From an uncultured delta proteobacterium (lineage in GTDB: Bacteria > Myxococcota_A > Polyangia > Polyangiales > Polyangiaceae): a stretch of 64,000 nucleotides of DNA. The notes beneath the pieces are model-generated. The model had not been told where the DNA came from. It did not search any database and worked only from the letters and a program-made list of their open reading frames with translations. The stretch covers positions 1,600,001 through 1,664,000 of the forward strand of contig CAWDXG010000004.1 of assembly GCA_963806225.1 (NCBI GenBank), read 5' to 3'. The number at the start of each line of letters is the position of its first letter. Positions within the stretch are counted from its first letter, which is position 1. The position numbers were made by a program, and so were the translations under genes. Shown here in pieces: positions 9,439-21,922 of this stretch.

Positions 9439-12138
9439 CTATCTGTCGTGCAGCATCTCCCAGATCTGGGCGGACAGGCCGGGCTGATCGTCGGGCTCGG
9501 AGAAATCCCAGTGCTGGGCCTCGGCCTCGAGCGCGTGCTTCGAGCCGGCCGCGTTGCACGTCACGTCGGTGTAGCTCCGCGGCTGGTAGTCGAAGGGCGT
9601 GTAGTCGGGAGTGGACGTGAACAGATCGAACGGTAGCGCGGCGTCCGCCGTGGTCCTGTTGTTGTAGGGAATGCCGTAGATGTGCGCGAACAGCTTGTGC
9701 AGCGACTGGACGTCGAAGTGCGTATTGGTCACATAGCCGCGCTTGACCCATGGCGAGGCGAAAACGGCGATCGAGCGGTGCGCATCGACGTGGTCGGCGC
9801 CGTCCTGCGGATCGTCTTCGATGACGATGATGAGCGAGCTCTTCCACATCGGGCTGTGCGAGATGGCGTCGACGATCATGCCGGTGGCCTCATCGTTGAC
9901 CGAGACCATCAGCCCCGGGTTGGGCGCTCCTGCCTTGCCGCCCAGAGTGTGGTCGTTCACCAGCCACACGTAGCTGAACGGCTTCATGTCGCACAAAAGC
10001 CGCGCGCGCCCCGCGATGTAGCAGGCGCCCTTGGTGTCCGGCTGCGCGCCACTCGTCGAGACAAGGCCGAAACCCTGGTCGAGCGGAGCGCCGCTGAGCA
10101 GCTCGCCCATGTTGTCGAAGTCGATCTTGTTCTTCGAGAGCCAGTCGAAGATGCCGCCCTCCTCGGGCGTGGTGTCCGCGCTCACACCCTGGTTCGGGAT
10201 GGGACCGCGCGTGCCGCGTCCCCAGGTCGACAGCCACGTGCGCTCGGTGTAGTCGCTGCTGCGGCCGAACACCGTCCAGAAGTGTCCCTGGATGGACTGC
10301 TCCGCGTCCTCGTAGAAGTTGTCCGCCTGGGAGAACTCGCCGGCCACTTTGCGGATGTTGGCCCAGATCTGGCCCATCTTTCCGGGCGCCAATACCAGCT
10401 TGGGGTCGCCGTCCACGCCCTCCATGTCACCCATGATACCGTCGAAGGTCTTGTTCTCGCGCACGATGAACACGACGTGCTGGATCTGCTTCGACGGCCC
10501 TTCGGTGTTGGTGCGCGGGATCGGGAAGTCGTAATCGGCGCCTGCCGGGCACTTCACCTCGGGCTTCCCCGCGAGCTTGTCGACTGCGCCGGCCGCTTGC
10601 CACTTCTTGGTCTCGGCGGTGAGCGTAGCGGTGTCGAGCTGGCTGACGAGCTGGGCGCTGCCCGACATCTCGAGCGCGCCAAGGCCGTGCGAGATGGTCT
10701 GGGGCGGAAGCGTCGGCCCATTGCCGTGCCCCTTGCCGTTCAGGACCAGGAGCGAGCCCGCCCGTGGCGAGCCTGGCTGCACGTCGGCCGCCACCACGGC
10801 GGTCGGCCACCACGCCGTCGGTAGCACGCCGAGCGGCGTGAACGTCGGCGCCGCGCCCGCACCCGGACCTGGCTTCACGTCGAAGGCCGCCACGCCGTTC
10901 TGCGAGGCAAGCGCCACATACAGTCTGCCCGAAGCCGCGTCGTAGGACAGCGCGCTCGGAGAGCTGCCCGGCAGCTTTTCGTTGGCGTCCACTGGCAGCG
11001 TGTCGACCACCTGCGCCTTGACGCGATCCACCACGCTGAGTGTGTCGGAAAGCGAGTTGGCGACAACCAGGAACGACGGGGGGATGAACGCGATCTGCTC
11101 GGGCTGCTTGCCCGTCGGGATCCCCCGGATCGTCGGCGCCGACGGGTCCGTCACGTCCACCTCGAACAAGCGGTCGCCGTTCCAGGCGGTCACGTACACC
11201 ACGTCGCTCGACTGCGGATCGAAACGCGCGTCCAGCAGATCGCGCCCCGCCTTGCCCAGATCGATCACCGCCAGCTGCTTGCCGTAGTCTGCGGACCCGA
11301 GACTGTAGAGCAGGAGCGCACGTTCCTTGACCTGCGCCACCGCCAGCCTGGTGCCGTCCGGCGAGATGTCGATACCCGACGGGAATGCGTCGCCGGCGGC
11401 CGTATTCTCGACCGGAATGTCCCGCGAGGGCTCGGCCGCGAGGGCGCCGCTCGTCGTGTCCACGGAAAAAGCGCGGATGACCGAGTCGGGCGCGCCACTG
11501 GCCGCGTACAACGTGCCGTCCTGGGCGAGCGCCAGTCCGTAGTTCATCGAGTTGGGGCTCTTGAACGCGACTTCGGAAACGACCGGGTACTTTCCTGCGG
11601 CAAGCTTGTCGGTGTCGAGGATGCGCAGCGCATGGTCGGCGTAGCCGTTGTCGCTCACGGCCACGAACGGCGTGGCCGGGATCCACAGCGCCGAGGCGGG
11701 GAACGTGCCCTCGAGCTTGTCCTGGTCCAGCACGATTTCGGTGCCGGCCGGCGTCAGCCGCCGCCCGTCGGGCAGCACGACCGGAGCCGCGCCGATGTCC
11801 GTCTTCGCTGCCGCAGCGCCACTGGCCGCGCTGGCGGTGCACTGGCCCTCGACGGGCTGGGGATACGACCCGTCCCACCTGCCGCACGCGCTGTCGGAAC
11901 AGTCGTGAGGCAGCTTCGCCCACGCGCCCATCGCCGGGCAGGTCCAGGGCTGGGTCGCCTCGTCGCAAGCTCCGCACGACAGCACGCAGGATCTCGTGTA
12001 GTCCGGCACGGCCGCCTGGGCCTTTTCGGCGTCGCAGATACCGGGGCCGTGCCCGGAGCTCTTCTGGTCGCCGCTGCTGCAGCCTACCGCCAGCGCCAGA
12101 ACCATCGCCCCCGGGAGCGCGCGTGGGAACCACCTCAT
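9439..12138 (-). CDS. YVTN/YncE beta-propeller plus phosphoesterase (alkaline phosphatase superfamily) lipoprotein
   Basis: AVGC lipobox; propeller repeats; IVRENKTFD, SIQGH, NDHT, EDDPQDGADHVDAHRS. Confidence 0.85.
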   Translation of the reverse strand: MRWFPRALPGAMVLALAVGCSSGDQKSSGHGPGICDAEKAQAAVPDYTRSCVLSCGACDEATQPWTCPAMGAWAKLPHDCSDSACGRWDGSYPQPVEGQCTASAASGAAAAKTDIGAAPVVLPDGRRLTPAGTEIVLDQDKLEGTFPASALWIPATPFVAVSDNGYADHALRILDTDKLAAGKYPVVSEVAFKSPNSMNYGLALAQDGTLYAASGAPDSVIRAFSVDTTSGALAAEPSRDIPVENTAAGDAFPSGIDISPDGTRLAVAQVKERALLLYSLGSADYGKQLAVIDLGKAGRDLLDARFDPQSSDVVYVTAWNGDRLFEVDVTDPSAPTIRGIPTGKQPEQIAFIPPSFLVVANSLSDTLSVVDRVKAQVVDTLPVDANEKLPGSSPSALSYDAASGRLYVALASQNGVAAFDVKPGPGAGAAPTFTPLGVLPTAWWPTAVVAADVQPGSPRAGSLLVLNGKGHGNGPTLPPQTISHGLGALEMSGSAQLVSQLDTATLTAETKKWQAAGAVDKLAGKPEVKCPAGADYDFPIPRTNTEGPSKQIQHVVFIVRENKTFDGIMGDMEGVDGDPKLVLAPGKMGQIWANIRKVAGEFSQADNFYEDAEQSIQGHFWTVFGRSSDYTERTWLSTWGRGTRGPIPNQGVSADTTPEEGGIFDWLSKNKIDFDNMGELLSGAPLDQGFGLVSTSGAQPDTKGACYIAGRARLLCDMKPFSYVWLVNDHTLGGKAGAPNPGLMVSVNDEATGMIVDAISHSPMWKSSLIIVIEDDPQDGADHVDAHRSIAVFASPWVKRGYVTNTHFDVQSLHKLFAHIYGIPYNNRTTADAALPFDLFTSTPDYTPFDYQPRSYTDVTCNAAGSKHALEAEAQHWDFSEPDDQPGLSAQIWEMLHDR

Positions 12139-12242
12139 GCGCCCATTGTACCCCCTAAGGCAGCTCGCAGAATGACCGTCGACAACGGCGAAAGACACCC
12201 AGCCCTTGATTCCAGGGGCGGGGACCAAGTAGCGATGGTCGC

Positions 12243-13226
12243 ATGAAAGCCATCGTCGTCAGCGAACCCGGGGGACCCGACAAGCTCGAGCTCGGAGAGG
12301 CGCCGGAGCCAGTGCCCGCGGAGGGCGAGGTGCTGCTCGACGTAGAGGCCACGGCGCTCAACCGCGCGGATCTGCTGCAGCGCCGCGGCATGTACCCGCC
12401 TCCCAAGGGCGCCAGCGAAATCCTCGGGCTCGAGTGCTCGGGCGTCGTGGCGGAGCTCGGTCCGGGCGCGAGCGGCCTGAAACCGGGTGACCGCGTGATG
12501 GCGCTCCTGCCCGGCGGCGGCTACGCCGAGCGCGTCACCCTGCCGGCGAGGATGGCGATACCAATCCCCGGGGCCATGTCGTTCGAGCAGGCTGCCGCGA
12601 TTCCCGAGGCGTTCCTGACGGCCCGCGAGGCTCTGTTCACGCTCGGGCGGCTCGAAGCGGGGAGCTTCGTGCTGATCCACGCCGCTGCCGGCGGCGTCGG
12701 CTCGGCGGCGGTGCAGCTCGCCCGCCAGCACGGCGCACACGTGCTCGCTACTGCCGGCAGCGACGACAAGCTCGCCCGCGTCGGGGAGCTCGGCGCCGAC
12801 ACGCTCATCAACTACAAGTCGCAGAACTTCGTCGCTGTCGCCAAGGAAGCCACCGGCGGCCACGGCGTGGACGTGGTGCTCGACTTCATCGGCGGCAGCT
12901 ACTGGGACAAGCACGCCGCGTGCATGGCGGTCGGCGGGCGCTGCGTCGTGATCGGCGTTCTGGGCGGCCCCACCGCGAACGTGAACCTGGCGCAGCTCCT
13001 GATGCGCCGCTACCAGATCCTCGGCCTGGTCATGCGCTCGCGCCCTGTCCCGGACAAGATCGCTATCACCGAGGCGTTCGTGCGCGACTCGCTGCCGCTC
13101 TTCGCCGACGGCCGGCTCGCACCCGTGATCGACAGCGTCCACCCACTGTCCGAAGCCCGCCAGGCCCACGAGCGGATGGAGCTGAACAAGAACATCGGCA
13201 AGATCGTGCTGAAGGTCGCCGACTAG
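12243..13226 (+). CDS. NAD(P)H-quinone oxidoreductase, PIG3 family
   Basis: NRADLLQRRGMYPPP, LGLECSG, IGKIVL. Confidence 0.92.
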   Translation: MKAIVVSEPGGPDKLELGEAPEPVPAEGEVLLDVEATALNRADLLQRRGMYPPPKGASEILGLECSGVVAELGPGASGLKPGDRVMALLPGGGYAERVTLPARMAIPIPGAMSFEQAAAIPEAFLTAREALFTLGRLEAGSFVLIHAAAGGVGSAAVQLARQHGAHVLATAGSDDKLARVGELGADTLINYKSQNFVAVAKEATGGHGVDVVLDFIGGSYWDKHAACMAVGGRCVVIGVLGGPTANVNLAQLLMRRYQILGLVMRSRPVPDKIAITEAFVRDSLPLFADGRLAPVIDSVHPLSEARQAHERMELNKNIGKIVLKVAD

Positions 13227-13263
13227 CGCTCCCAACCCGCCCGCCATGCGGGCTCCCCACGCC

Positions 13264-13506
13264 CTACTCGCAGGCCGTGCCCGCCTCGTTGGGTTTCGTA
13301 CCGCTCGGGCACGGGAGGCAGCAGAAGGCGCCGCCGGGGTTCCGGTCCGGATTGCAGTCCTGTGGCCAACGATTCGGGCAGGAGTTGTTGCCGATTACGC
13401 ATTGCCCGCCGGCGGCGGCGCATGCTTCCGGACCGGAGCGACTGCTGGAGCTCGAGCTCGAGCAGGCCGTGAGAACGAGCATCAGGAGTGTGATCGCGAC
13501 CTTCAT
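13264..13506 (-). CDS. Small Cys-rich lipoprotein (80 aa), beta-defensin-like Cys spacing
   Basis: MKVAITLLMLVLTAC lipobox, Ser linker, C-x6-C-x6-C-x7-C-x10-CC plus two more Cys. Confidence 0.75.
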   Translation of the reverse strand: MKVAITLLMLVLTACSSSSSSSRSGPEACAAAGGQCVIGNNSCPNRWPQDCNPDRNPGGAFCCLPCPSGTKPNEAGTACE

Positions 13507-13698
13507 GTCCCCTACCAACGGGCAGCGACCACGCGTCGCCACAGGTCCCCCGAACCGATGGGCCGACCCTCGTGTGCGCCGGCCCTTGCGTTTCCGGATG
13601 GTAACATCCATCAGGCGAGCGCAAGGGGTTTCTCGCCGGCGCTCGGCGTCGCGCACCGGGCTTCGGCCCGCGCATTTCCGCCGGCGGCAGAGCGACTC

Positions 13699-14514
13699 TC
13701 AGATGCGCAACCGTCGCTTGAGGAGCGTGGAGCAGATCGCGTAGGAAGCAACGAGGATGAGCAGCATGGCGACGGTGTGCCAAGCCGTCGCGGTGCTGGG
13801 CGTGCCGCGGACGAGCGCGCGCGAGATCTCGACCACGTGCGTGAGCGGCAGGAACTGCGCGAAGACGAGCACCCAGTGCGGCATCTTGTCGAGCGGGAAG
13901 AAGATGCCGCTGAACAGGAACATCGGCGCCACGGCCAGCGTGAAGTAGTAGTTGAAGAACTCGTAGCTCTTCGATATCGCCGTGATGCTCATGGCCATGG
14001 CCGTGAACATCATGCCCGACGCAAAGCCGAGCGGCAGCGCGAAGAGCGACAGCCAGGACGGCACCAGACCGAACAGACGGATCACGACGAGCACACTGGC
14101 CGCGCCGAAGGACGACTTGATGCCGCCCCAGATCACCTCGCCGGCGATCAGCTCGCGCACGGTGATGGGCGTGGCGAGAACGGCGTCGTAGGTTTTCTGC
14201 GTCGCCAGGCGGGTGTAGCTGCCGAACGTGCCTTCGAAGGTCGCCGTGTACATGACCGTGGAAACGACCAGGCCAGGTGCAATGAACGCCGCGTAGCTCA
14301 TGCCGCCGAGCTTGGGCACGACCCGCCCCAGGCCGAAGCCGAGCGCCAGCAGGTAGAGCAGCGGCTCGCCGAAATTGCCGACGGCGCTCGTCGCCGCGTA
14401 GCGCCACCATACGTACATGTTGCGCGCGGTCACGCGATAGGCACCGGCGAGGAAGCCGCCAGGCTCCCGGGATGCGTGGTCCGACGGCACACCGCTCACC
14501 GCGGACTCGCTCAC
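13699..14514 (-). CDS. ABC-2 type transporter permease (NodJ-like)
   Basis: EPLLYLLALGFG, FIAPGL, LFSGIFFP, PLTH; GTGA overlap with ATPase gene. Confidence 0.88.
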   Translation of the reverse strand: MSESAVSGVPSDHASREPGGFLAGAYRVTARNMYVWWRYAATSAVGNFGEPLLYLLALGFGLGRVVPKLGGMSYAAFIAPGLVVSTVMYTATFEGTFGSYTRLATQKTYDAVLATPITVRELIAGEVIWGGIKSSFGAASVLVVIRLFGLVPSWLSLFALPLGFASGMMFTAMAMSITAISKSYEFFNYYFTLAVAPMFLFSGIFFPLDKMPHWVLVFAQFLPLTHVVEISRALVRGTPSTATAWHTVAMLLILVASYAICSTLLKRRLRI

Positions 14515-15438
14515 TCGTCGAGCTCCCGTCCGGTGAGCCTCAAGAACACGTCTTCCAGCGCGGCGTTGCGCAACTGGCACGAGATGTCGGCGCGGCGCGC
14601 CCTTTCCACGAGCTGGTCGGCAAGCTCGCTCTGTCGCGGCAGGAAGAAGACGCGCATGTCGCCCGCGCGCTCGCTCGACACGCCCTCGAGGTCGAGGCCG
14701 CCGAATACCTCGCGCTCGCGCGCTTCCGCGATACGAAGCTCCACCACCTCGTGACCAACGTGGCGCTCGATCAGCTCGCGGGGCGACCCCTCGTCGAGGA
14801 TCTTCCCGTGGTCCATGATGACCAGACGCGTGCAGAGCCGTTCGGCTTCGTCCATGTAGTGCGTCGTGAGCACCATGGTGACGCCTCGGTCCTCGAGCTC
14901 GCGAAGCTTCTGCCAGATCAGATGTCGCGCCTGCGGGTCGAGGCCGGTGGTCGGCTCGTCGAGGATGACGAGCTCGGGGTCGTTGACCAGCGCTCGGGCA
15001 ATCATCAGGCGGCGTTTCATCCCGCCGCTGAGCTCGGGAATGGCGCGCTTCTGTTTGTCGCCAAGCGCGGCGAACTCGAGCAGCTCGTTCACCCGGCGAG
15101 CTGTGACTCCGGTCGGGGAAATAGCTGCCGTACATGCGCAGGTTCTGGCGCACGTCCAGATCGGGATCGAGGTTGTCTTCCTGGGGGCACACGCCGATGC
15201 GCGCCCGCACGTACTTGCCGTCGTGCACCGGATCGAGCCCGAGCACCCTCAGCGTGCCGCCGCTCGGCTCGGAGACGGCCTGCAGCATGCGCATGGTCGA
15301 GGTCTTGCCCGCGCCGTTCGGGCCCAGGAAGCCGAAGCACTCGCCGCGCTCGATGCGGAAGTCGATGCCGCCCACGGCCTCGAAATCGCCGTAGCTCTTG
15401 CGGAGCCCCTCGGCCGTCACTGCAGCTCGATCGGACAC
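14511..15438 (-). CDS. ABC transporter ATP-binding protein (NodI-like), frameshift near 15100
   Basis: Walker A GPNGAGKT in one frame; LSGGMKRR, LDEPTTGLD, TTH in the next. Confidence 0.85.
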
Positions 15439-15485
15439 GGAGTGGCATCCTAGGCGCTCGCGGGGCGGAGGCCAGCAGGGAATCG

Positions 15486-16011
15486 TCAGCGGCCGCCGAG
15501 CTTGCCGGCAACCAGCTCGACGGCTTCCGCGGCCGTTTTCGCCCGCAGGATCGCGTCGGGGCGCTTGTCGTCGAGGGCGCGCCCGGCGAGCTGTCGCGCT
15601 CCAGCCGTCGACCTCCAGGCCGACCAGCACGCGGCCGAGCTGCCAGGCCATGGCCATCTCGCTCAGCGTGCCGGAGCCGCCGCCGACGGCGATGACAGCG
15701 TCGGCCATGGTCACGACCAGCACGTTGCGCGCGTAGCCCATGTTCGTGGGGATGGCGATGTCGACGTAGGGGTTCGCCGCGGCTGCAGCGCCGCCGGGCA
15801 GTACGCCGATCACGTCGCCCTCGCGATAGCTCGCCGCCCGGTGCGCGCCGCGCGATGCCGCTTCCATCACGCCTCCGAGCCCGCCGCTCACCAGACGGTA
15901 GCCGCGCTCGACCACCAGGCGGCCCACTTCCTCGGCGACCTCGAGCGCGTGGGCACTGGCAGCGCTGTTGCCGATGACGGCGACTACTGGACGGCGCGGT
16001 TTCGAGGACAT
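15486..16011 (-). CDS. TIGR00725/SLOG (LOG-like) protein, frameshift near 15590
   Basis: VAVIG, GGLGGVMEAASRGA, GYARN, GGGSGTLSE; tail LDDKRPDAIL..AAEAV in another frame. Confidence 0.8.
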
Positions 16012-16041
16012 CGGATCCTCGATAACGGCGTCCAGCGCTGC

Positions 16042-16347
16042 CTACAACCCCACCGGCTTGAGGCGAACCGCCCACCGCCCCGCTTGAGCTTGGCCTGGCA
16101 GGCGAGGCGGTTGTTCGGCGGACCGCCGAGCAGGTCGAGCAGCTCCTGCTCCTCCTCGCCCGGCGGCTCGAGCAGCTCTCCGCCCTCGACGACCTCGATC
16201 TGGCAGGTAGCGCAGCTGGCCGAGCGACAGGAAAATGGCACCGGCGCCAGCACCTCGTCGCACAGATCGACCAGCGACTCCGCCGTCGGGCGCGTCGACG
16301 ACCTTGGCCCGGCCCAGCTCGTTCTCGATGAACTCGACAATCGGCAC
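16042..16347 (-). CDS. 2Fe-2S ferredoxin (compensating frameshifts)
   Basis: FSCRSASCATC ... RLACQ; N- and C-termini in frame 16042..16347, core in adjacent frame. Confidence 0.8.
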   Translation of the reverse strand: MPIVEFIENELGRAKVVDAPDGGVAGRSVRRGAGAGAIFLSLGQLRYLPDRGRRGRRAARAAGRGGAGAARPARRSAEQPPRLPGQAQAGRWAVRLKPVGL

Positions 16348-16488
16348 CTACACTGTGTGTAGCGGGCAAATGCCACCACGCGCAAACCGTGCGCACCCCA
16401 GAGCCATGCGGATCGTCAGGGATTTCGCGGATCGGGCGACTCCCCGCGTGCTCCTGGGCGGGCTTGTCGGTTATGCTCCGTGCCGACC

Positions 16489-18678
<2,190 letters not shown>

Positions 18679-19334
18679 GGCGGCGGGGCAGCTGGCGGGC
18701 AAGGAGCCAAAGTAGCGCGAACCACCTCTGGCAGGTGCGCCGCGACGGCGGTGAACCGCCCGTCGTGCGACAGACTGATGTCCACGCCCGATACCGGGGA
18801 GTCCCGCCTGAGCAGCCGCGGCGGACCGTACCCGTCCCAGCTTCCGGGTCGTTCGGGCCGCCGTACACGGAGCTCCGCTGGCGAGGTCGCGAGGACCGGA
18901 GCCAAGGCCATGCAAGCCAACTCGCGCACCGCGAGGCTGGGATCGCCACGCGCCTCCACCGTGCCGGTCGCCGACCAGGGACGCTGGTCGTGGGTCGAGG
19001 CCAGAGCGTGGACCACACCCGCCGCGGCGTCCACGTCCAGCCACAGGTGGAGCCGGAGGTCCTCGTAGTCGACCGAGCGGAGGTCCCCGGCAACCACCAG
19101 GCGGCGGTGCGCAAAGCCCGGAGCCCGGCCCAGCTTGTCGAAGACCTTGTAGGCGGCTTCCTTCGCCGCGAACAGGCTCCACAGGTACGCGTCCGGAGCC
19201 GCTGCACGCGCCAACGCGGCTCGCTCCGACGGCGCGCACACGCGCTCGACGAAGCGCGCGTACCGGCGCGTCGCGGCGTTGGCCGGATCCGCAAGATCGA
19301 CCACGTCGTTGCCGACGTAGACGCCCACTTCTGC

Positions 19335-19583
19335 CTAGGCTTGCGCCGCCAGGATCAGCTTGACGGCGTCGCCGACGGTCTTGACCTTGTCGGCATCTTC
19401 GTCCTTGACCTCGATCTCGAACGTGTCCTCGATTTCCAGCACGACGTCGACGAGGCGCGCCGAGTTGACTTTCAGATCCTTGAGGATGGAGGTCTCCATC
19501 CCGATCGTCTCGAGGGCCTCCCGGTTCTTCACGAACGGGTCGAGGATACCGACAACTTTCTCGATGGCTTCTTGCTCGGTCAT
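19335..19583 (-). CDS. Acyl carrier protein with atypical NSA motif
   Basis: 82 aa acidic; DLKVNSARLVDVVLEIEDTFEIEV ... TVGD. Confidence 0.9.
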   Translation of the reverse strand: MTEQEAIEKVVGILDPFVKNREALETIGMETSILKDLKVNSARLVDVVLEIEDTFEIEVKDEDADKVKTVGDAVKLILAAQA

Positions 19584-19600
19584 TGGTCTTGCTTCCTTGT

Positions 19601-20884
19601 TCAGTTATGTTTTCCGAAGAGCACGCACCCGTTGACGTCGCCGAACCCGAAGCTCGCCTTGGCGATCACCTCGAGGTCGGGAGCCTCCACGGTACGGTGT
19701 GGGATGCGCGCGGCATAGGGCGCGAGGTCGGCGTGCAGGTCGTCGCAGTTGATCGAGCCGTGCACGAAGCCCTGGTGGAGCTCGAGCACGCTGGCGACGC
19801 ACTCGATTCCGCCGGCGGCGCCGAGGGCGTGGCCGATCAAGGACTTGGTGGAGTGGATGAGCGGCATCTGCTCCGGCGCTGTCTCGAGCGCGCGGGACCA
19901 GCTTGCCACCTCGTGCGGATCCGCGAAGGTCGCGGTGAGATGTCCGTTGATCGCTCCGATGCGCTCCGGCCGGACGCCAGCCATCTGCACCGCGCCACGG
20001 ATGCAGCGCTGCACGCCTTCAGGGTTCGGGGCCGTCATGCTGCCGCCCATGCGATGGCCGCCGCAGTTGACGAAGCCGCCGAGCACTTCCGCGTAGATAC
20101 GGGCTCCACGCGCCTGCGCAGCTTCCAGGCTCTCGAGCAGCAGGACCCCGGCGCCGGAGCCCGGCACGAACCCCGCTGCGCTCGCGCTCATCGGGCGGGA
20201 GGCCTCCGTGGGCCGGTCGTTGTGGGTCCGGCACAGCACCTTCATGGCATCGAAGCCTGCCCAGATGTACTTGGAGTGGCCTTCGGAACCGCCCGCCAGC
20301 ATGCGCTCGGCGCGACCTTCGCGGATGCGCAGGAAAGCCTCGACGACGGCTTCGGTGCCCGTGTTGCAGGCACTCGAGTTCGTGCTGACCTGGTTCCCCA
20401 GTCCGAGCAGGCCCGCGACCCGCGCGCTGTTGCCGCTCGACATGATCTGCTCGACCATCGTGCTACCGAGGCGGCTGACCTTGCCGGCGTCGGTCTTCGG
20501 GACGAGCTTCTCCGCGATGGTGTCGATGCCGCCGATACCGGTGCCGATGATCGCGCCGGCGTCCCAGTCGACCACGTCCTGGTCGGCCGCTGCCCGCTCC
20601 AGGCCGGCGTCCGTCCAGGCATCGAGGGCGGCGATCGCCGCGTAGACCATGTTCGGGTTCATGGCCAAGAGCTCCTCCCGCGTCAGAAGGCGCTCGCGTA
20701 TCGCTTCGACTCCCTCGGGGATCCCTCCCACCTGGCAGCCGAACTTCGAGTCCGCCAGCTCCTGGTGGAAGCGGATGCCGCTCCGACCTTCACGCAGGGC
20801 GCGTGCAAACGCCTCGAGCCCGTAGGCGTTCGGCGCCAGCACGCCCATGCCCGAGACCACCACCCTGCCGCTACGCGTCGCCAC
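19601..20884 (-). CDS. Beta-ketoacyl-ACP synthase (FabB/FabF family)
   Basis: VVVSGMG, SSAC, INGH, KSLIGHALGAAG, SFGFG (Cys-His-His triad). Confidence 0.92.
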   Translation of the reverse strand: MATRSGRVVVSGMGVLAPNAYGLEAFARALREGRSGIRFHQELADSKFGCQVGGIPEGVEAIRERLLTREELLAMNPNMVYAAIAALDAWTDAGLERAAADQDVVDWDAGAIIGTGIGGIDTIAEKLVPKTDAGKVSRLGSTMVEQIMSSGNSARVAGLLGLGNQVSTNSSACNTGTEAVVEAFLRIREGRAERMLAGGSEGHSKYIWAGFDAMKVLCRTHNDRPTEASRPMSASAAGFVPGSGAGVLLLESLEAAQARGARIYAEVLGGFVNCGGHRMGGSMTAPNPEGVQRCIRGAVQMAGVRPERIGAINGHLTATFADPHEVASWSRALETAPEQMPLIHSTKSLIGHALGAAGGIECVASVLELHQGFVHGSINCDDLHADLAPYAARIPHRTVEAPDLEVIAKASFGFGDVNGCVLFGKHN

Positions 20885-21329
20885 GCGGCACCCCCATCCC
20901 TGCAACCGAACCGTGCGCCACGAGCGTGCCGTCGGCGAGCGAGAGCGTCACGTTCGACTTCAGCTTGCGACGCCTCCAGAATACGCGCTCGGCTTCCACC
21001 CGGACGGTCTGGCCGGGCCGGACGATCTTCTCGAACTCCACTTGTGCCTCCGTGAACAGCGTGACAGTGCGGGCGACCTCCGCCTTCGGCGCGTCGAGCC
21101 CCAGCAGGTAGATCCCGAGCGCGACGAGGCCCGTCTGGCACATCGCTTCCAGCAGGATCACCCCCGGTGTCACCGGATCGCCGGGAAAGTGCCCAGCGTA
21201 GAACGACTCGTCCGGACGAAAGGTGTACTCCCCCTTCGCGCCGCTCTCGTCGATCGACAAGAGCCGGTCCAGAAAGCGGAACGGGCGCTGCTGCGGTATC
21301 AGCTCGAGCACTTCCTCCGCGGTCAACAT
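20871..21329 (-). CDS. fabZ: 3-hydroxyacyl-ACP dehydratase, FabZ type
   Basis: PQQRPFRFLD, GHFPGDPVTPGVILLEAM (His/Glu dyad). Confidence 0.85.
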   Translation of the reverse strand: MLTAEEVLELIPQQRPFRFLDRLLSIDESGAKGEYTFRPDESFYAGHFPGDPVTPGVILLEAMCQTGLVALGIYLLGLDAPKAEVARTVTLFTEAQVEFEKIVRPGQTVRVEAERVFWRRRKLKSNVTLSLADGTLVAHGSVAGMGVPRGDA

Positions 21330-21922
21330 CAGCTGCTCCGGTCCATGATGCCGCCTCGGCTGCGCGCGGACGGAGCCGGGTAGTCGGAGTACGAGATCCC
21401 CCGGAACATCCCGACCTTCGCGTCCTTGACCGTATAGATGTGCTCGCCATCCACCAGCACACGGCCCGTTCCGATCGCAACGGCTGCGCCCGAGGCCTCG
21501 AGCCGCGAGAAGCGACGGATGTCGACTTCGTAGCGGACCACGCGGTCATGCGGTCGGATCTGCCCGGCAAACTCGACCTCCTTGCAGCCGAGCGCACGGC
21601 CGGAACCGGCCGCCCCCGCGACAGCGCAGTACAGGCCCACCAGCTGCCATATCGCGTCCACGCCGAGACAACCCGGCTGTACCGGATCGCCGCGGAAGTG
21701 GCACTGGAAGAACCAGTCCGTCAGGTGGATGTCCTGCTCGCCGACGATGCGACCTCGCGCACCGTCCCGGCCGAGCTCGACGACGCGGTCGATCATCAGC
21801 ATGGGCGGGGCCGGCAGACGGATGAACTCCTCCGGCGGGTCGGCGACGAGCGTCCCCTGCGAGAGCGCAAGCAGCTCCGCCTGCGCGAAGCTCGTCCGTT
21901 CGACAAATTCAGCGTAGTGCAT
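21329..21922 (-). CDS. fabA: 3-hydroxyacyl-ACP dehydratase/isomerase, FabA type
   Basis: LPAPPMLMIDR, WFFQCHFRGDPVQPGCLGVDAIWQLVG (His/Asp dyad), GRALG. Confidence 0.9.
   Translation of the reverse strand: MHYAEFVERTSFAQAELLALSQGTLVADPPEEFIRLPAPPMLMIDRVVELGRDGARGRIVGEQDIHLTDWFFQCHFRGDPVQPGCLGVDAIWQLVGLYCAVAGAAGSGRALGCKEVEFAGQIRPHDRVVRYEVDIRRFSRLEASGAAVAIGTGRVLVDGEHIYTVKDAKVGMFRGISYSDYPAPSARSRGGIMDRSS

Noticed and set aside
13699..15438. Nodulation function for the NodI/NodJ-like pair
   Set aside because: The family is widespread and no nodABC genes are present.
13699..16011. 770-aa SLOG-ATPase-permease fusion
   Set aside because: Produced by frameshifts joining three separate genes; the linking segments are out-of-frame nonsense.
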